Origin: an uncultured Verrucomicrobiae bacterium
GTDB lineage: Bacteria; Verrucomicrobiota; Verrucomicrobiia; Chthoniobacterales; JAFAMB01
Length of the DNA stretch: 64,000 nucleotides
Direction: 5' to 3'
Assembly: GCA_963837955.1 (NCBI GenBank)
Contig: CAWIPH010000002.1
Coordinates: forward strand, 2,944,001-3,008,000
Shown: in pieces, positions 7,434 to 16,735 of the stretch
How positions within the stretch are numbered: the stretch's first letter is position 1
How the letters are laid out: each line of letters opens with the position of its first letter
The notes under the pieces: model-generated
What the model was told of the DNA's origin: nothing
What the model saw: only the letters and a program-made list of their open reading frames with translations
Databases searched by the model: none
Program-made: the position numbers and the translations under genes

Positions 7434-10400
7434 CTATCGATTACCCAGACCGGCCTGAGCGGACAGCATAAATGGTCCGGCACGTTGAATTGCCATCCCA
7501 AGACTTTCCTCCTGTCGAAGTCGAACGAGGGTATCACGTTGCGTCTCAGCTAGTGCGCCAAAGACATCCCGACTGGATAAAGCCCGACGGTAGAACGCCG
7601 ACATGAACTCGGCGGTCTCCGCATCGGAAATTCGCCAGAGCGTGAAGAGAAGGTTCTCGGCGCCTGCCATCGTGAAACCACGGCGTAAACCAAGGACGCC
7701 TTCTCCGATGTCTGCCTCCCCAGCCCCAGTTTCGCAGGCGGATAGGGTCACTAGCCAAGTGCCTTGGAGCGCAAGCCGTCCCACTTCGTCTGCCAAAATG
7801 ATTCCATCCGTTTCCGGGGATGGAAAATCGCTCTGGGCCCAAGAACGCAGTGTGTCCTGTGCACCGGCCAATGCCAAACCGCATCGATGCATCGGATTCT
7901 CAATCGGCAACCGATCCTTGGACAATACAAACGCATGCGTAGCCAGGTGGAGCACCCATGGCGATTTCAAGCGAAGGAGAGCTGCTTTCGAAGCCTCTTT
8001 TCCTTGAAGCACTACGATTTCTTTAACTCCATTCGCCTCCGCCATCCGGCGAATCAATGTCGCCTCGGTTACCGTGCCGGGGAGCGATCTAAGAGTTATC
8101 TGAGAGGAGAGGCTCTGACCAAGCTCGCGATACAACGACTGTTCCGGTTTACCAACGACCAGCGGCGCGGACGAATGCAGACTGAAATCGGGATTAGCAA
8201 AAATTTCAACCACTTCATTCGACCGAGGTGCCATTGACTTAGCTCTCCTTAGTAAATCGCGACCACTCGAGACATAGCCAATGGTGTAGTGCTGGCAAAA
8301 GAACGTATCGTCTGGAGTCAAAAGGGCAGCGAACGGGAGAAAATTTAGTTCACCATCGGGACACAAGACGAGGCGATCTACTTTGGTCGCTAGGTTTGCG
8401 GTGATTGGGGCGACTAGCAGATCATACAGCTTGCGGCAAAGTGAATGCAGATCAGCAGACTTCGCAGCAACCTCTGGCTGAAGCTGTAGAATGGCAGAAT
8501 CAATCGTGCCCGCATCACCTAATTCGATCCAGTTGGGAATACCTTCATGCGGTATGAGCAGTGCGCCATATTTATCCAACCAAACTCCTTTGCCCTGATA
8601 GACGCGGCACCGAATGAACTCGACTAACGTCATCCGACCCGAAAGAGCGGATTGCACGTCTTGATAGGTGACCTGCAGCGCCTGATTCACACGACCGTAA
8701 CCACTCACGCGTTCGGCGAGCTGTTTCTCCAGGTCATTGATCTTCGATCGAATCGCTTCCTGAGATGTGAGGTCAGCTTTTGCCTGTGGGGAGTTGGCAG
8801 CGAGTTCTCTGGGCAATTTATCCAGTGCGTCGTACTGAACACGGAGACTATTCACGAGATCCTTGATCACTGGATCTCCTTCCTGGGAGGCTACAATTTT
8901 ATCTTCCAGCAGCGAATCCAGTACGATCCCCTTCCAACGCAGGATTACGTTTGCCAGGTCCTCACTCAGGTGAGCGCTGACCAACAAAGAGAACGGGTCC
9001 TGGGCCTCTCTAAACCCGAGGCGCTCTTCCTCGGTTGTAAACGTTAGCACATTGGCAAGCAACGCTTCACTCGCTTTGGTGTATTTTCGAATCGCATCAA
9101 TTGCCTGATCACGGTGTCCCAGATCCAGCTGGTTGAGAGCATATTCGTAATAGAAGTTTATGAGGTCGCGATGCAAGGGACCCAGTGGGGTGCTAAATTC
9201 GCTGACGCTCTGTTGCAACAGCGGCTCCGCCAACCCAAACTTGCCTTCTTCATCGTAAAGTTTAGCGAGAACAAACTCGGAAACCGCGGTATCGGGATGA
9301 CCCGGTGGTAAAGTAGCTCGTCTGATATTCAAGCTGCGGACAAAAAATTCTTCGGCCTTGTCGTACTTTTTCAACTTCTGGAAGACGCGCCCCAGATTAT
9401 TCGCGCTATCAGCAGTGTCGGGAGAATCTCCCAATTTCTTCTCGGTAATGGCCAGGCTTTCTTCCAGCAAAGAAGCCGCCTTCTCCAAATCATGTTTCTT
9501 GTAATAGACTGCCGCTAGGTTGTTGAGGCTTTCGGCCGTCGCTGGACTCTCTTCGCCATAACACTTTCGCCTCCCGGTCAATGCCTGTTGCAACAAAGGT
9601 TCAGCTTGATCGTACAAGCCGAGTCGAATCTTCAGCATTCCCTCGAAGTTTAGTATGGAGAGTACAGCCGGATGCTCGGGTCCGAGGTCAGTAGTCAGGG
9701 TTTCTTTGGCTCGCAGAAAAAGCGGTTCTGCCGCCGCATAGTCGCCTTGAATGTAACGAACGTATCCGAGCTGTGCTTGGCTCTGCGCTGTCTCCGGATG
9801 GTTTTCGCCGCGGACCTTCTTTCTCTGTTCCAGTATATGGTTGGAGAGGTCTTCAGCCTCTTTCATTTGGCGCTTCCCGATGCGGAGCTCTGCCACGCCA
9901 TTCATAGCAGTGATGGTTTCGGGGGAGCTATCACCGAGGATAGTTTTGAGTGTCTGGAGAGCAGCTTGAATATGTGATTCGGCGAGTGAGAATTGGCTCA
10001 AGCCGGTCTCCGCCTCACCTAAATCGCGGAGGATAAAGGCTAGTAAAAGCTTCCCGTCGGCGGTCTTGTCCTGGCAGAGAGCCTCGCCCTCTTCCAACTT
10101 CTTCTTCGCATTCTGGTAGTCCCAGGTCTGACTCGATAGTTCACCCAGATCAGCTAGCGCCCGAGCCATCAAGTTAGGTTCAGCAGTCTGCAAAGGGCGA
10201 CTAATCTCCAGTTCCTCTGCGAAACTTTTTGACCCAGCGTCGAAGCGCCCCAAAAGCAATTCCGCTTGGCCGGCTTCATGCAAAGCCTTCGCCAGAAAAA
10301 CAGGATCGCTTGGCACCAAGCCGTGAGCTAATTCTACCAATCGTTGAGCAAGCACCTCCGCCTTGGCATAATCCCCGCTCTCGCGCGCTTCTCTGGCTTG

Positions 10401-10499
10401 GACAAGCTGCTCCCTCAAGGATCCGCTAATGTCCGCAATAGCACCGAGCGTAGAAAAAACTTCCAGCGCAATGAGGCAGATTATTGTCTTTCCAGACAT
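7434..10499 (-). CDS. TPR-repeat CHAT-domain (caspase-like) protease with putative signal peptide
   Basis: About 10 kinesin-light-chain-like TPRs (e.g. TAESLNNLAAVYY); CHAT motifs PDGELNFLPFAAL, FANPDF, LPGTVTEA, HLATHA, LSACETG, GLRRGF, LWRISD. Confidence 0.93.
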   Translation of the reverse strand: MSGKTIICLIALEVFSTLGAIADISGSLREQLVQAREARESGDYAKAEVLAQRLVELAHGLVPSDPVFLAKALHEAGQAELLLGRFDAGSKSFAEELEISRPLQTAEPNLMARALADLGELSSQTWDYQNAKKKLEEGEALCQDKTADGKLLLAFILRDLGEAETGLSQFSLAESHIQAALQTLKTILGDSSPETITAMNGVAELRIGKRQMKEAEDLSNHILEQRKKVRGENHPETAQSQAQLGYVRYIQGDYAAAEPLFLRAKETLTTDLGPEHPAVLSILNFEGMLKIRLGLYDQAEPLLQQALTGRRKCYGEESPATAESLNNLAAVYYKKHDLEKAASLLEESLAITEKKLGDSPDTADSANNLGRVFQKLKKYDKAEEFFVRSLNIRRATLPPGHPDTAVSEFVLAKLYDEEGKFGLAEPLLQQSVSEFSTPLGPLHRDLINFYYEYALNQLDLGHRDQAIDAIRKYTKASEALLANVLTFTTEEERLGFREAQDPFSLLVSAHLSEDLANVILRWKGIVLDSLLEDKIVASQEGDPVIKDLVNSLRVQYDALDKLPRELAANSPQAKADLTSQEAIRSKINDLEKQLAERVSGYGRVNQALQVTYQDVQSALSGRMTLVEFIRCRVYQGKGVWLDKYGALLIPHEGIPNWIELGDAGTIDSAILQLQPEVAAKSADLHSLCRKLYDLLVAPITANLATKVDRLVLCPDGELNFLPFAALLTPDDTFFCQHYTIGYVSSGRDLLRRAKSMAPRSNEVVEIFANPDFSLHSSAPLVVGKPEQSLYRELGQSLSSQITLRSLPGTVTEATLIRRMAEANGVKEIVVLQGKEASKAALLRLKSPWVLHLATHAFVLSKDRLPIENPMHRCGLALAGAQDTLRSWAQSDFPSPETDGIILADEVGRLALQGTWLVTLSACETGAGEADIGEGVLGLRRGFTMAGAENLLFTLWRISDAETAEFMSAFYRRALSSRDVFGALAETQRDTLVRLRQEESLGMAIQRAGPFMLSAQAGLGNR

Positions 10500-10670
10500 G
10501 GCGAAAATTGTAGTTGGGATGATAACTTGGGCCTAGGACAGCGTCGCCACAATCGCATCGATGTTGACTAGTTAATTGATATTTGGAAGTCTTAGCTTTC
10601 GCACTTCCGCCCATTTTAGAATCGTGCTCTAACCTAGCACAAGTCATCAGGTGGAGTACCGTGCACCGGC

Positions 10671-11759
10671 ATGGAAGAGGAAAAAGGCCTGCGGCATCGC
10701 CTTGAGGGACAAGATCCCTTATTGCATCCCTTTCTTTCCGCCCTGGAGGATCAGTCAGCTCTGGCCGAGCTTGATACCCTGTTGCGTAACGAAGCCGTAC
10801 CGATCATTCGCAAGATCGTCAATCAAAGGCTAGGGCTATCCTCATTCCAGTCACGCCAGGAATACGCCGATCCGCGATATCTCGATGCACAAGACCTTAA
10901 CCAACAGACCTTAGTTGCTCTGACCTCTCGTTTGTGGCGAGTTCACGTTGCCCCGGAAACCAACCAGATCACCGAATTCCGCTCTTACGTCGCTGGGGCC
11001 ACCTTCAACACCTGGAGGGGTGCCGTACGCAACGATGCCCGACTCTGGGCTCGCCTCTCTGGCCGGCTAGCCTATCTCTGCCGTGGTTCTGCCGGTCACA
11101 CCGGGTTCGTAAAGTGGCACCATGACAACCAAGGACCCGTCGCTGGTTTTGAACTTTGGCGGCGCAAGAATGTCCCGGTTGCGCAGCTGCAGCCGCCCGA
11201 ATTGGATCCGCCGCAAAATATGCCGCGCCCCGAAACACCTTTACCGGAGGTCGCAGAATGGGTTCTTCGTCGGGCGGGAGGTCCTTTGCCCTGGAATGAC
11301 TTCGTGACATCGGTTGCTCTCATTTTGCAGGTCAAGACCGAGCGAGTCTCCCTCGACCCGGCAACTCTGGACCAGGCGTTACGAGCAGGAACACCAAATG
11401 ACCCGGGGACCGCTGGCCAGGAATCCTTGAACAAAGATCGGCTGCGTTTGGTATGGGAGGAGATCCAATCTCTGGACCGCAAAGAGCGAGCGGTGCTTTT
11501 GTTGAAAGCCGAGGATTTGCTTGATTTTGATATTAGCCAGGTGGCCACTTTGGAGACTGTCGCTCATATCCTTGAATTTTCGGTCGACCAGCTTGCTCGA
11601 CTTCTGCCGCGCTTGCCCCTAGATGACTACGAGATTGCTGGGCTTCTGGGGGTCCAGAGACAAACGGTCGTCAATCTCAGAAGCCAGGCGCGCGCCACCC
11701 TTCGCCGGCGTCTCTCCAAGAGCACCGACTTCACTGCTTCCTTAAAGGCAACCAAATAA
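10671..11759 (+). CDS. Atypical sigma-70/ECF-like factor with long insertions
   Basis: sigma2-like IIRKIV...DAQDL...FRSYVAGATFN; sigma4-like LDRKERAVLLL...EIAGLLGVQRQTVVNLRSQARATLRRRL; sits directly upstream of a ZAS anti-sigma. Confidence 0.75.
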   Translation: MEEEKGLRHRLEGQDPLLHPFLSALEDQSALAELDTLLRNEAVPIIRKIVNQRLGLSSFQSRQEYADPRYLDAQDLNQQTLVALTSRLWRVHVAPETNQITEFRSYVAGATFNTWRGAVRNDARLWARLSGRLAYLCRGSAGHTGFVKWHHDNQGPVAGFELWRRKNVPVAQLQPPELDPPQNMPRPETPLPEVAEWVLRRAGGPLPWNDFVTSVALILQVKTERVSLDPATLDQALRAGTPNDPGTAGQESLNKDRLRLVWEEIQSLDRKERAVLLLKAEDLLDFDISQVATLETVAHILEFSVDQLARLLPRLPLDDYEIAGLLGVQRQTVVNLRSQARATLRRRLSKSTDFTASLKATK

Positions 11760-11888
11760 TATTAATAATGACCAATATCAGCGGGATTTCCGCGTCTCCC
11801 TATGATGGTATAGTTATTGGCGCCTGTCCGGCTCGACCTTGGATGCGCTTTGGAACTGCCATAGGACGGCCCAAGCTTTTCTGACAAG

Positions 11889-13178
11889 ATGTCCCACCTT
11901 TCCCTAGCGATGCAGCAACGGTTTTTAGCCCGAGCGTTGACACCCCAAGAAACTCTGGTTGCCAGCAATCACCTTAACCAATGCGCATTGTGTCGTGGAA
12001 GTCTGAACAATTTGAGATCGAATCAACTTCATTCTGTCGTTGACCAGATCCTGGGCGAAGAGGCGCCGGCCAACCACCACCCTTCCCCCGATTTGCTGGC
12101 CGCTTACGTGGATGAGGACTTGAGCCCAGCAGATCGGCCTTTGCTGGAGGCTCATCTTTCCAGCTGTGAGTTCTGTCGAGTAACTCTGGCCGATCTCCAG
12201 AGCTTTCGGACCGAACTCCAAGAGACACCGGCCCAGATCTACACCCCTGGTGAATCGATCGCACGTAAAGGCATCTTCGATTCCGTTTCCGAGTTTTGGA
12301 CGGGACTCCTTCATTCCCTCACCAAACCCATCGTTCTAACCGGAGGCTTGACCGCAGCAGCTCTGCTTATTGTTCTCGCACTCCTTACTGGCCGATTCTC
12401 CTCCTCCCTACCATTTGCGGGACAAACAACCGCCGAAACCATTCAAGATGGAACATTGACCTTTCAAGTCCAATCGGCCGGACACGTGCAGGCATCAACA
12501 CAATTACCTTCCGAAGCCCTCAATGTCCTGGCCAGCGCGCTATTCGATCTAGTTCGATCCTCAGAACCATCGGCGGACCTTACGCGCGGAATTTCGAGCA
12601 CGCCGGACTCGGCCAGCGGTTCGCCTGGTGATACGAAGCTTCCAGCCACCGACGATTATTTCAGTCGGAAAATTTTTGGAGAGATTGTGATCTTGCCGCG
12701 CGGCACTTCAGATCCGTACGCAAATCCCAACGGCGTGATCATTCGTGAGGTCAAGCCCACACTCAGCTGGCGCCCAATGGCTGCCATTTCCTCGACCCAA
12801 ACCTTAACTGTAGAGGATTGCGGAACCGGCCAAACGGTTCTTCGGAGCGAACTGCCCGGAAGCATTTCCAGTTTCACTATCCAGGCTCCTCTCCAACGCG
12901 GAAACATTTATCGCTGGAACGTGGCGACATCGGAAGAGCCTGATAACACCGTCAGACTATTGGCATCCGGCCGGTTCAAGATCGCTCCCGAGTCTGACCT
13001 CCAAACGATTAGTTCCTCGACGGCAAATTCTTCTCACTTGCTCAAGGCCTTTTGGTTGGCCCGAGCGGGACTCTTCCGAGAATCCGAAGCGGAATTGATC
13101 CAGCTACAGGCAGCCAATCCCAAGTCGGCCACAATCGCCAAGGCTCTGGATTACGTCCTACGCCTGGAAGGTAGATGA
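11889..13178 (+). CDS. Membrane anti-sigma factor with two zf-HC2 (ZAS) domains and an extracytoplasmic domain
   Basis: HLNQCALC and HLSSCEFC (HxxxCxxC twice); TM IVLTGGLTAAALLIVLALLTG; C-terminal PTLSW...YRWNV...GRFKI beta-rich domain plus helical end. Confidence 0.85.
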   Translation: MSHLSLAMQQRFLARALTPQETLVASNHLNQCALCRGSLNNLRSNQLHSVVDQILGEEAPANHHPSPDLLAAYVDEDLSPADRPLLEAHLSSCEFCRVTLADLQSFRTELQETPAQIYTPGESIARKGIFDSVSEFWTGLLHSLTKPIVLTGGLTAAALLIVLALLTGRFSSSLPFAGQTTAETIQDGTLTFQVQSAGHVQASTQLPSEALNVLASALFDLVRSSEPSADLTRGISSTPDSASGSPGDTKLPATDDYFSRKIFGEIVILPRGTSDPYANPNGVIIREVKPTLSWRPMAAISSTQTLTVEDCGTGQTVLRSELPGSISSFTIQAPLQRGNIYRWNVATSEEPDNTVRLLASGRFKIAPESDLQTISSSTANSSHLLKAFWLARAGLFRESEAELIQLQAANPKSATIAKALDYVLRLEGR

Positions 13179-13216
13179 AGATTGCGGAACGTTAACTTCA
13201 GGAAGTAGCTGTCGCC

Positions 13217-13759
13217 TTAACCGAAGGCGGAGCAAACTGAGACCAGCAAGGTCGGCAAGCCGATGGCGACCCCGATGCCGTAAATGAGATCCAACCAAAA
13301 AAATCTTCCAACGCTGGCCAGGTAGATGATCCCAACAATGGGCGCGACCATCAATCGCACAACCGAGGAGACTCCCGATCCTTTCATTGATCGCCATAAC
13401 GACTTTGCGTCTCCCGTACTTGGGATAGCGTGCATGGCCATCGAGACACCAAGCCAGATCAGCAGATAATCGAGGAAATCCCCCGCGCCAAATTTGATGA
13501 CCCGTAGCGCGGCCGGAAATGCGATTAACGCTCCCGCAATAGTGTTAATCAGAAAAGGCCCAACTGAAATGAAAAGCGATTGATAGCTCTTTGTCGCAGG
13601 CTCATGAATGACAAACCCGGCAGGGTTACCCAGGCGAAAATAGCAGACTTCGAGAACTGGTACTCTAAACCATCGGCAAAACAATTGATGAGCCAGTTCA
13701 TGAACGATAACGCCAGGAAACGTTACTAAAGCAATGAGCGGACCCGGAATGAGGAACAT
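13217..13759 (-). CDS. Membrane zincin metalloprotease (DUF3267/M50-like)
   Basis: FPGVIVHELAH, ISVGPF and HAIPSTGDA motifs; multiple hydrophobic helices. Confidence 0.75.
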   Translation of the reverse strand: MFLIPGPLIALVTFPGVIVHELAHQLFCRWFRVPVLEVCYFRLGNPAGFVIHEPATKSYQSLFISVGPFLINTIAGALIAFPAALRVIKFGAGDFLDYLLIWLGVSMAMHAIPSTGDAKSLWRSMKGSGVSSVVRLMVAPIVGIIYLASVGRFFWLDLIYGIGVAIGLPTLLVSVCSAFG

Positions 13760-13773
13760 ATTTAGTAGACCAT

Positions 13774-14265
13774 CTAGTGCCGTGAGCCTAGCAGGGCACT
13801 GATCTCGCCGGTCAGTTTCGCATCCATTCTCCGACCACGCAGGTATTCGAACTCGTGACGAGCAGTTCCCCCATCCCTGGCTCTGTAAGCAGCTACAAAT
13901 AGCCGCGCATGGGCAAGATCGGAACTCGGAAATGCCAGGACTGCTTTTTCATATTCGCTTTCCGCCTCGCCGAATTTAAGTTTTTGTTCGCTGTTTTGAC
14001 CGCGCTCAAATGCAATCGCCGCCGAAATGGAAGATGGGATTCTGGTAAGCGCAAAAATCAGTAAAAGCACGATGACTGCAGCGGCTAGTTTGATTCCAAT
14101 CGGGATTGGAAGCCGGGCCATTTTGGTTCGACAACTTTCGCAAAGCGGAATTGCGAATACCAGTTCTGGCTCCGCTCCGCACGACTGACACTTCTCTGAT
14201 TCCTCTGGCAAGGGCGGCGATTGACTCGGCACAGCCGCCAATTGATCGTCCGCTCCCGTTTCCAC
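13774..14265 (-). CDS. Membrane protein: N-terminal Zn ribbon, TM helix, C-terminal TPR
   Basis: CQSC...LCESC, hydrophobic segment, AESEYEKAVLAFPSS; co-oriented with the metalloprotease. Confidence 0.65.
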   Translation of the reverse strand: METGADDQLAAVPSQSPPLPEESEKCQSCGAEPELVFAIPLCESCRTKMARLPIPIGIKLAAAVIVLLLIFALTRIPSSISAAIAFERGQNSEQKLKFGEAESEYEKAVLAFPSSDLAHARLFVAAYRARDGGTARHEFEYLRGRRMDAKLTGEISALLGSRH

Positions 14266-14321
14266 ATCCGCCTCTTACTTGAAAGCGTGAGGGAGTCAAG
14301 GCAGGAGCCAGAATCGGTTTG

Positions 14322-14618
14322 TCAATTTGCTCCGAGCGATTCTGTCGACGGCCTGGTATCCATCGGTCGGGCGGCGCCGCCGAAGTGTCGATACGCTAAG
14401 GCGAGCGCACAGGCCTGAACGGCAGCCGCAACATAGAACGTCGCACCGGCCCGCCAGTCGGTCGCTGGATAGTGCGCAACAAATGAAAGGAGGGGAGTGC
14501 CAACCAGGGGGGCGATTACGCCCATTAAACTGTTAATGGAGGTCAGCGAGCCCATCGTCACCCCTTGTTCTCGGGGATCGACTGCTTTGGAAATAATTCC
14601 CTGCAATGCCGGGGTGAC
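14322..14618 (-). pseudogene. 3' remnant of a TetA-like MFS transporter
   Basis: PALQGIISKAVDPREQGVTMGSLTSINSLMGVIAPLVG matches the last helices of TCR/Tet MFS proteins; no upstream helices are present. Confidence 0.75.
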
Positions 14619-14715
14619 TCTTTCTCTCCCCGTCGGCTCCTGACCTGGACGCCTCTAAACGCTCCCCTAGAGCTGATCACGCAAGGCCGTTAGCTCTGTC
14701 CTGCTGCTCCCCGTG

Positions 14716-14922
14716 CTAGTCTAAGCTTGTCAAAGCATCGAGTATCTTCTTCGTCTCGTCTTTCGTGATAGGTCTGTTGCCGTTAGCGCTATCAATGATG
14801 TGTTCTAAGGCAAAGCCTGTCTTTGCGGATATCGGTTGAGCATGTAGGAGTATGTCTCGATACCTGCGTTTAAGTTCCGTGTGTAGCATAAAGGACTTTA
14901 CCATCGAATGCTGCACACGCAT
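14716..14922 (-). other. Short orphan ORF or gene fragment
   Basis: 68-aa globular-looking ORF in a disrupted region; no recognised motif. Confidence 0.25.
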
Positions 14923-15266
14923 AGGGTTGGCTGCTAAGCCAGAATCCGTGTCAATATGTCAGTAGTTTTGCATCAGGCTCTCTGGCAAAAACAAACGCCC
15001 GTTCTAGCTAAGGAAAAGCGCCTCAGCCGCGCGTTGACGCGACGGTCCCATCCGACCGCGGATTTATGAAAGGCGCTGTGGCAACCAGTCCACAATTTAG
15101 CCGCAATCGGCAGCTGGAGCCTTCGCTTATGGTTTCCCCAACGAGTCGCCAAGCCAAACCTAGCAATCGTGTTTTGCGGTTTTGCGTTTTGCGTGAGCGC
15201 ATTTAAAAGCTACGCTTCAGCGCGGTATGACGCTCAAAACCCGAGGCTCAAAATCACGGACTGGAT

Positions 15267-16499
15267 ATGGCCGAGGCAGGAACTGAACCACTCGCAGAGC
15301 GTGCAGAACAGGCACTCCTTCCACAAACCACCGTATGGCTGATGGCGATCACGGTGGGTGTGATCGTCGCCAACATTTATTTTGTCCAGCCGTTGCTGGC
15401 GGACATTGCGAACACCTTTGGTTTGTCAGTCACGCGGGCCGGCACCGTTGCCATGCTCAGCCAAGCCGGCACGGCGCTTGGCATGTTTTTATTCGTGCCT
15501 CTGGGAGATAAATACGAGCGCCGCTCGCTGATTCTTCTTCTGGTAATCGGCGGGTTCGTATCGCTGTTGCTGATGGCGACCGCACCGAACGCCCTCTGGC
15601 TCGGCTGCGCCGCCTTTGCGGTTGGCTTTTTTGCCGCCAACGTGCATGTCGTCGTTCCGTTCGCCGCTCATCTCGCTGCTCCCCAACAACGTGGCCGGGT
15701 CGTGGGTACTGTCGTAGCCGGAATTCTTTTTGGCGTTTTACTCGCACGCACATTTAGCGGATCGATCGGGGCTCTGCTTGGATGGCGCGCCGTGTACGGC
15801 ATCGCAGCGGGAGCCATGCTGATTCTCGCCGTGGTCGTCCGCGCAAAACTCCCCGTCAGCCGTCCCGAAGTGGTTCTCTCCTGGCCCGAACTTATGCGCT
15901 CGACGCTCCAACTCGTCCGCCAGCACGCCGTCCTCCGCGAATCCGCGTTGCTGGGCGCGATGTTCTTCGCGGCATTCTCCGCCTTCTGGACCACGCTGGT
16001 CTTTTTTCTCGGCGGAACGTCTTACCACTACGCCAACGCCAGCGCCATTACTGGCTTCTTCGGCCTGATCGGCGCCGTCGGGGCCGTAGGAGCGCCGACG
16101 GTCGGTCACCTTGCCGATAAACACGGCCCGCGTTTCACCATCCGGGTCGCGCTCTGGCTATCCCTGTTCTCATTCCTTTTCTTGGGCTTTGCGGGCAAAC
16201 ACCTCGCCGGCCTGATTGTTGGAGTCATTCTGATGGATTTGGGCGTGCAGAGCGGTCACGTTTCCAACCAGACCCGCATCTACAGCATCGACCCGAGCGC
16301 CCGGAGTCGGCTCAACATGGTTTACATGTTCTGTTACTTCATTGGCGGCGCGCTTGGCTCCTACCTGGGCGCGTTGTGCTGGCACGTTGCAGGCTGGTGG
16401 GGTGTTTGTGGCTTCGGCGCAACGGCCCTCTTGCTCGGTATCGCCGCCGAATTCATCTACGGACGCAGAGCGGTAGTACCCCGGGACCAGCAAAAGTAA
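15267..16499 (+). CDS. MFS transporter
   Basis: About 12 hydrophobic segments; motif A PLGDKYERR and GHLADKHGPR. Confidence 0.92.
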   Translation: MAEAGTEPLAERAEQALLPQTTVWLMAITVGVIVANIYFVQPLLADIANTFGLSVTRAGTVAMLSQAGTALGMFLFVPLGDKYERRSLILLLVIGGFVSLLLMATAPNALWLGCAAFAVGFFAANVHVVVPFAAHLAAPQQRGRVVGTVVAGILFGVLLARTFSGSIGALLGWRAVYGIAAGAMLILAVVVRAKLPVSRPEVVLSWPELMRSTLQLVRQHAVLRESALLGAMFFAAFSAFWTTLVFFLGGTSYHYANASAITGFFGLIGAVGAVGAPTVGHLADKHGPRFTIRVALWLSLFSFLFLGFAGKHLAGLIVGVILMDLGVQSGHVSNQTRIYSIDPSARSRLNMVYMFCYFIGGALGSYLGALCWHVAGWWGVCGFGATALLLGIAAEFIYGRRAVVPRDQQK

Positions 16500-16509
16500 A
16501 ACCCCGGGT

Positions 16510-16563
16510 GGGGAGGGATCGCAGCCTGTCGATCCGCGGCGCACGAGGACGTGCGCCCTCCCC
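16510..16563. repeat. REP-like palindrome GGGGAGGG...GGCGCACGAGGACGTGCGCC CTCCCC
   Basis: Inverted termini with an internal hairpin, immediately after the MFS stop codon. Confidence 0.55.
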
Positions 16564-16735
16564 CCTCCGGCGTACCAAATCGATTGAGAATTGCACACCG
16601 CTTCTTACGGTTGCCCGGAATTCGGAATCCAGGGCTTAGACGATTACGATATTGCATTCCGGCAGGCTTCGGAGCGCCCGCATGATTTTTTTAGGCAATC
16701 GTTGCTGAGCTAGATGGTTCGCGCTAAGAACGGCG

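Noticed and set aside
14655..14700. attC-like site (CTAAC...GTT) downstream of the orphan ORF
   Set aside because: Poor match to RYYYAAC/GTTRRRY, no convincing hairpin, single copy, no integrase.
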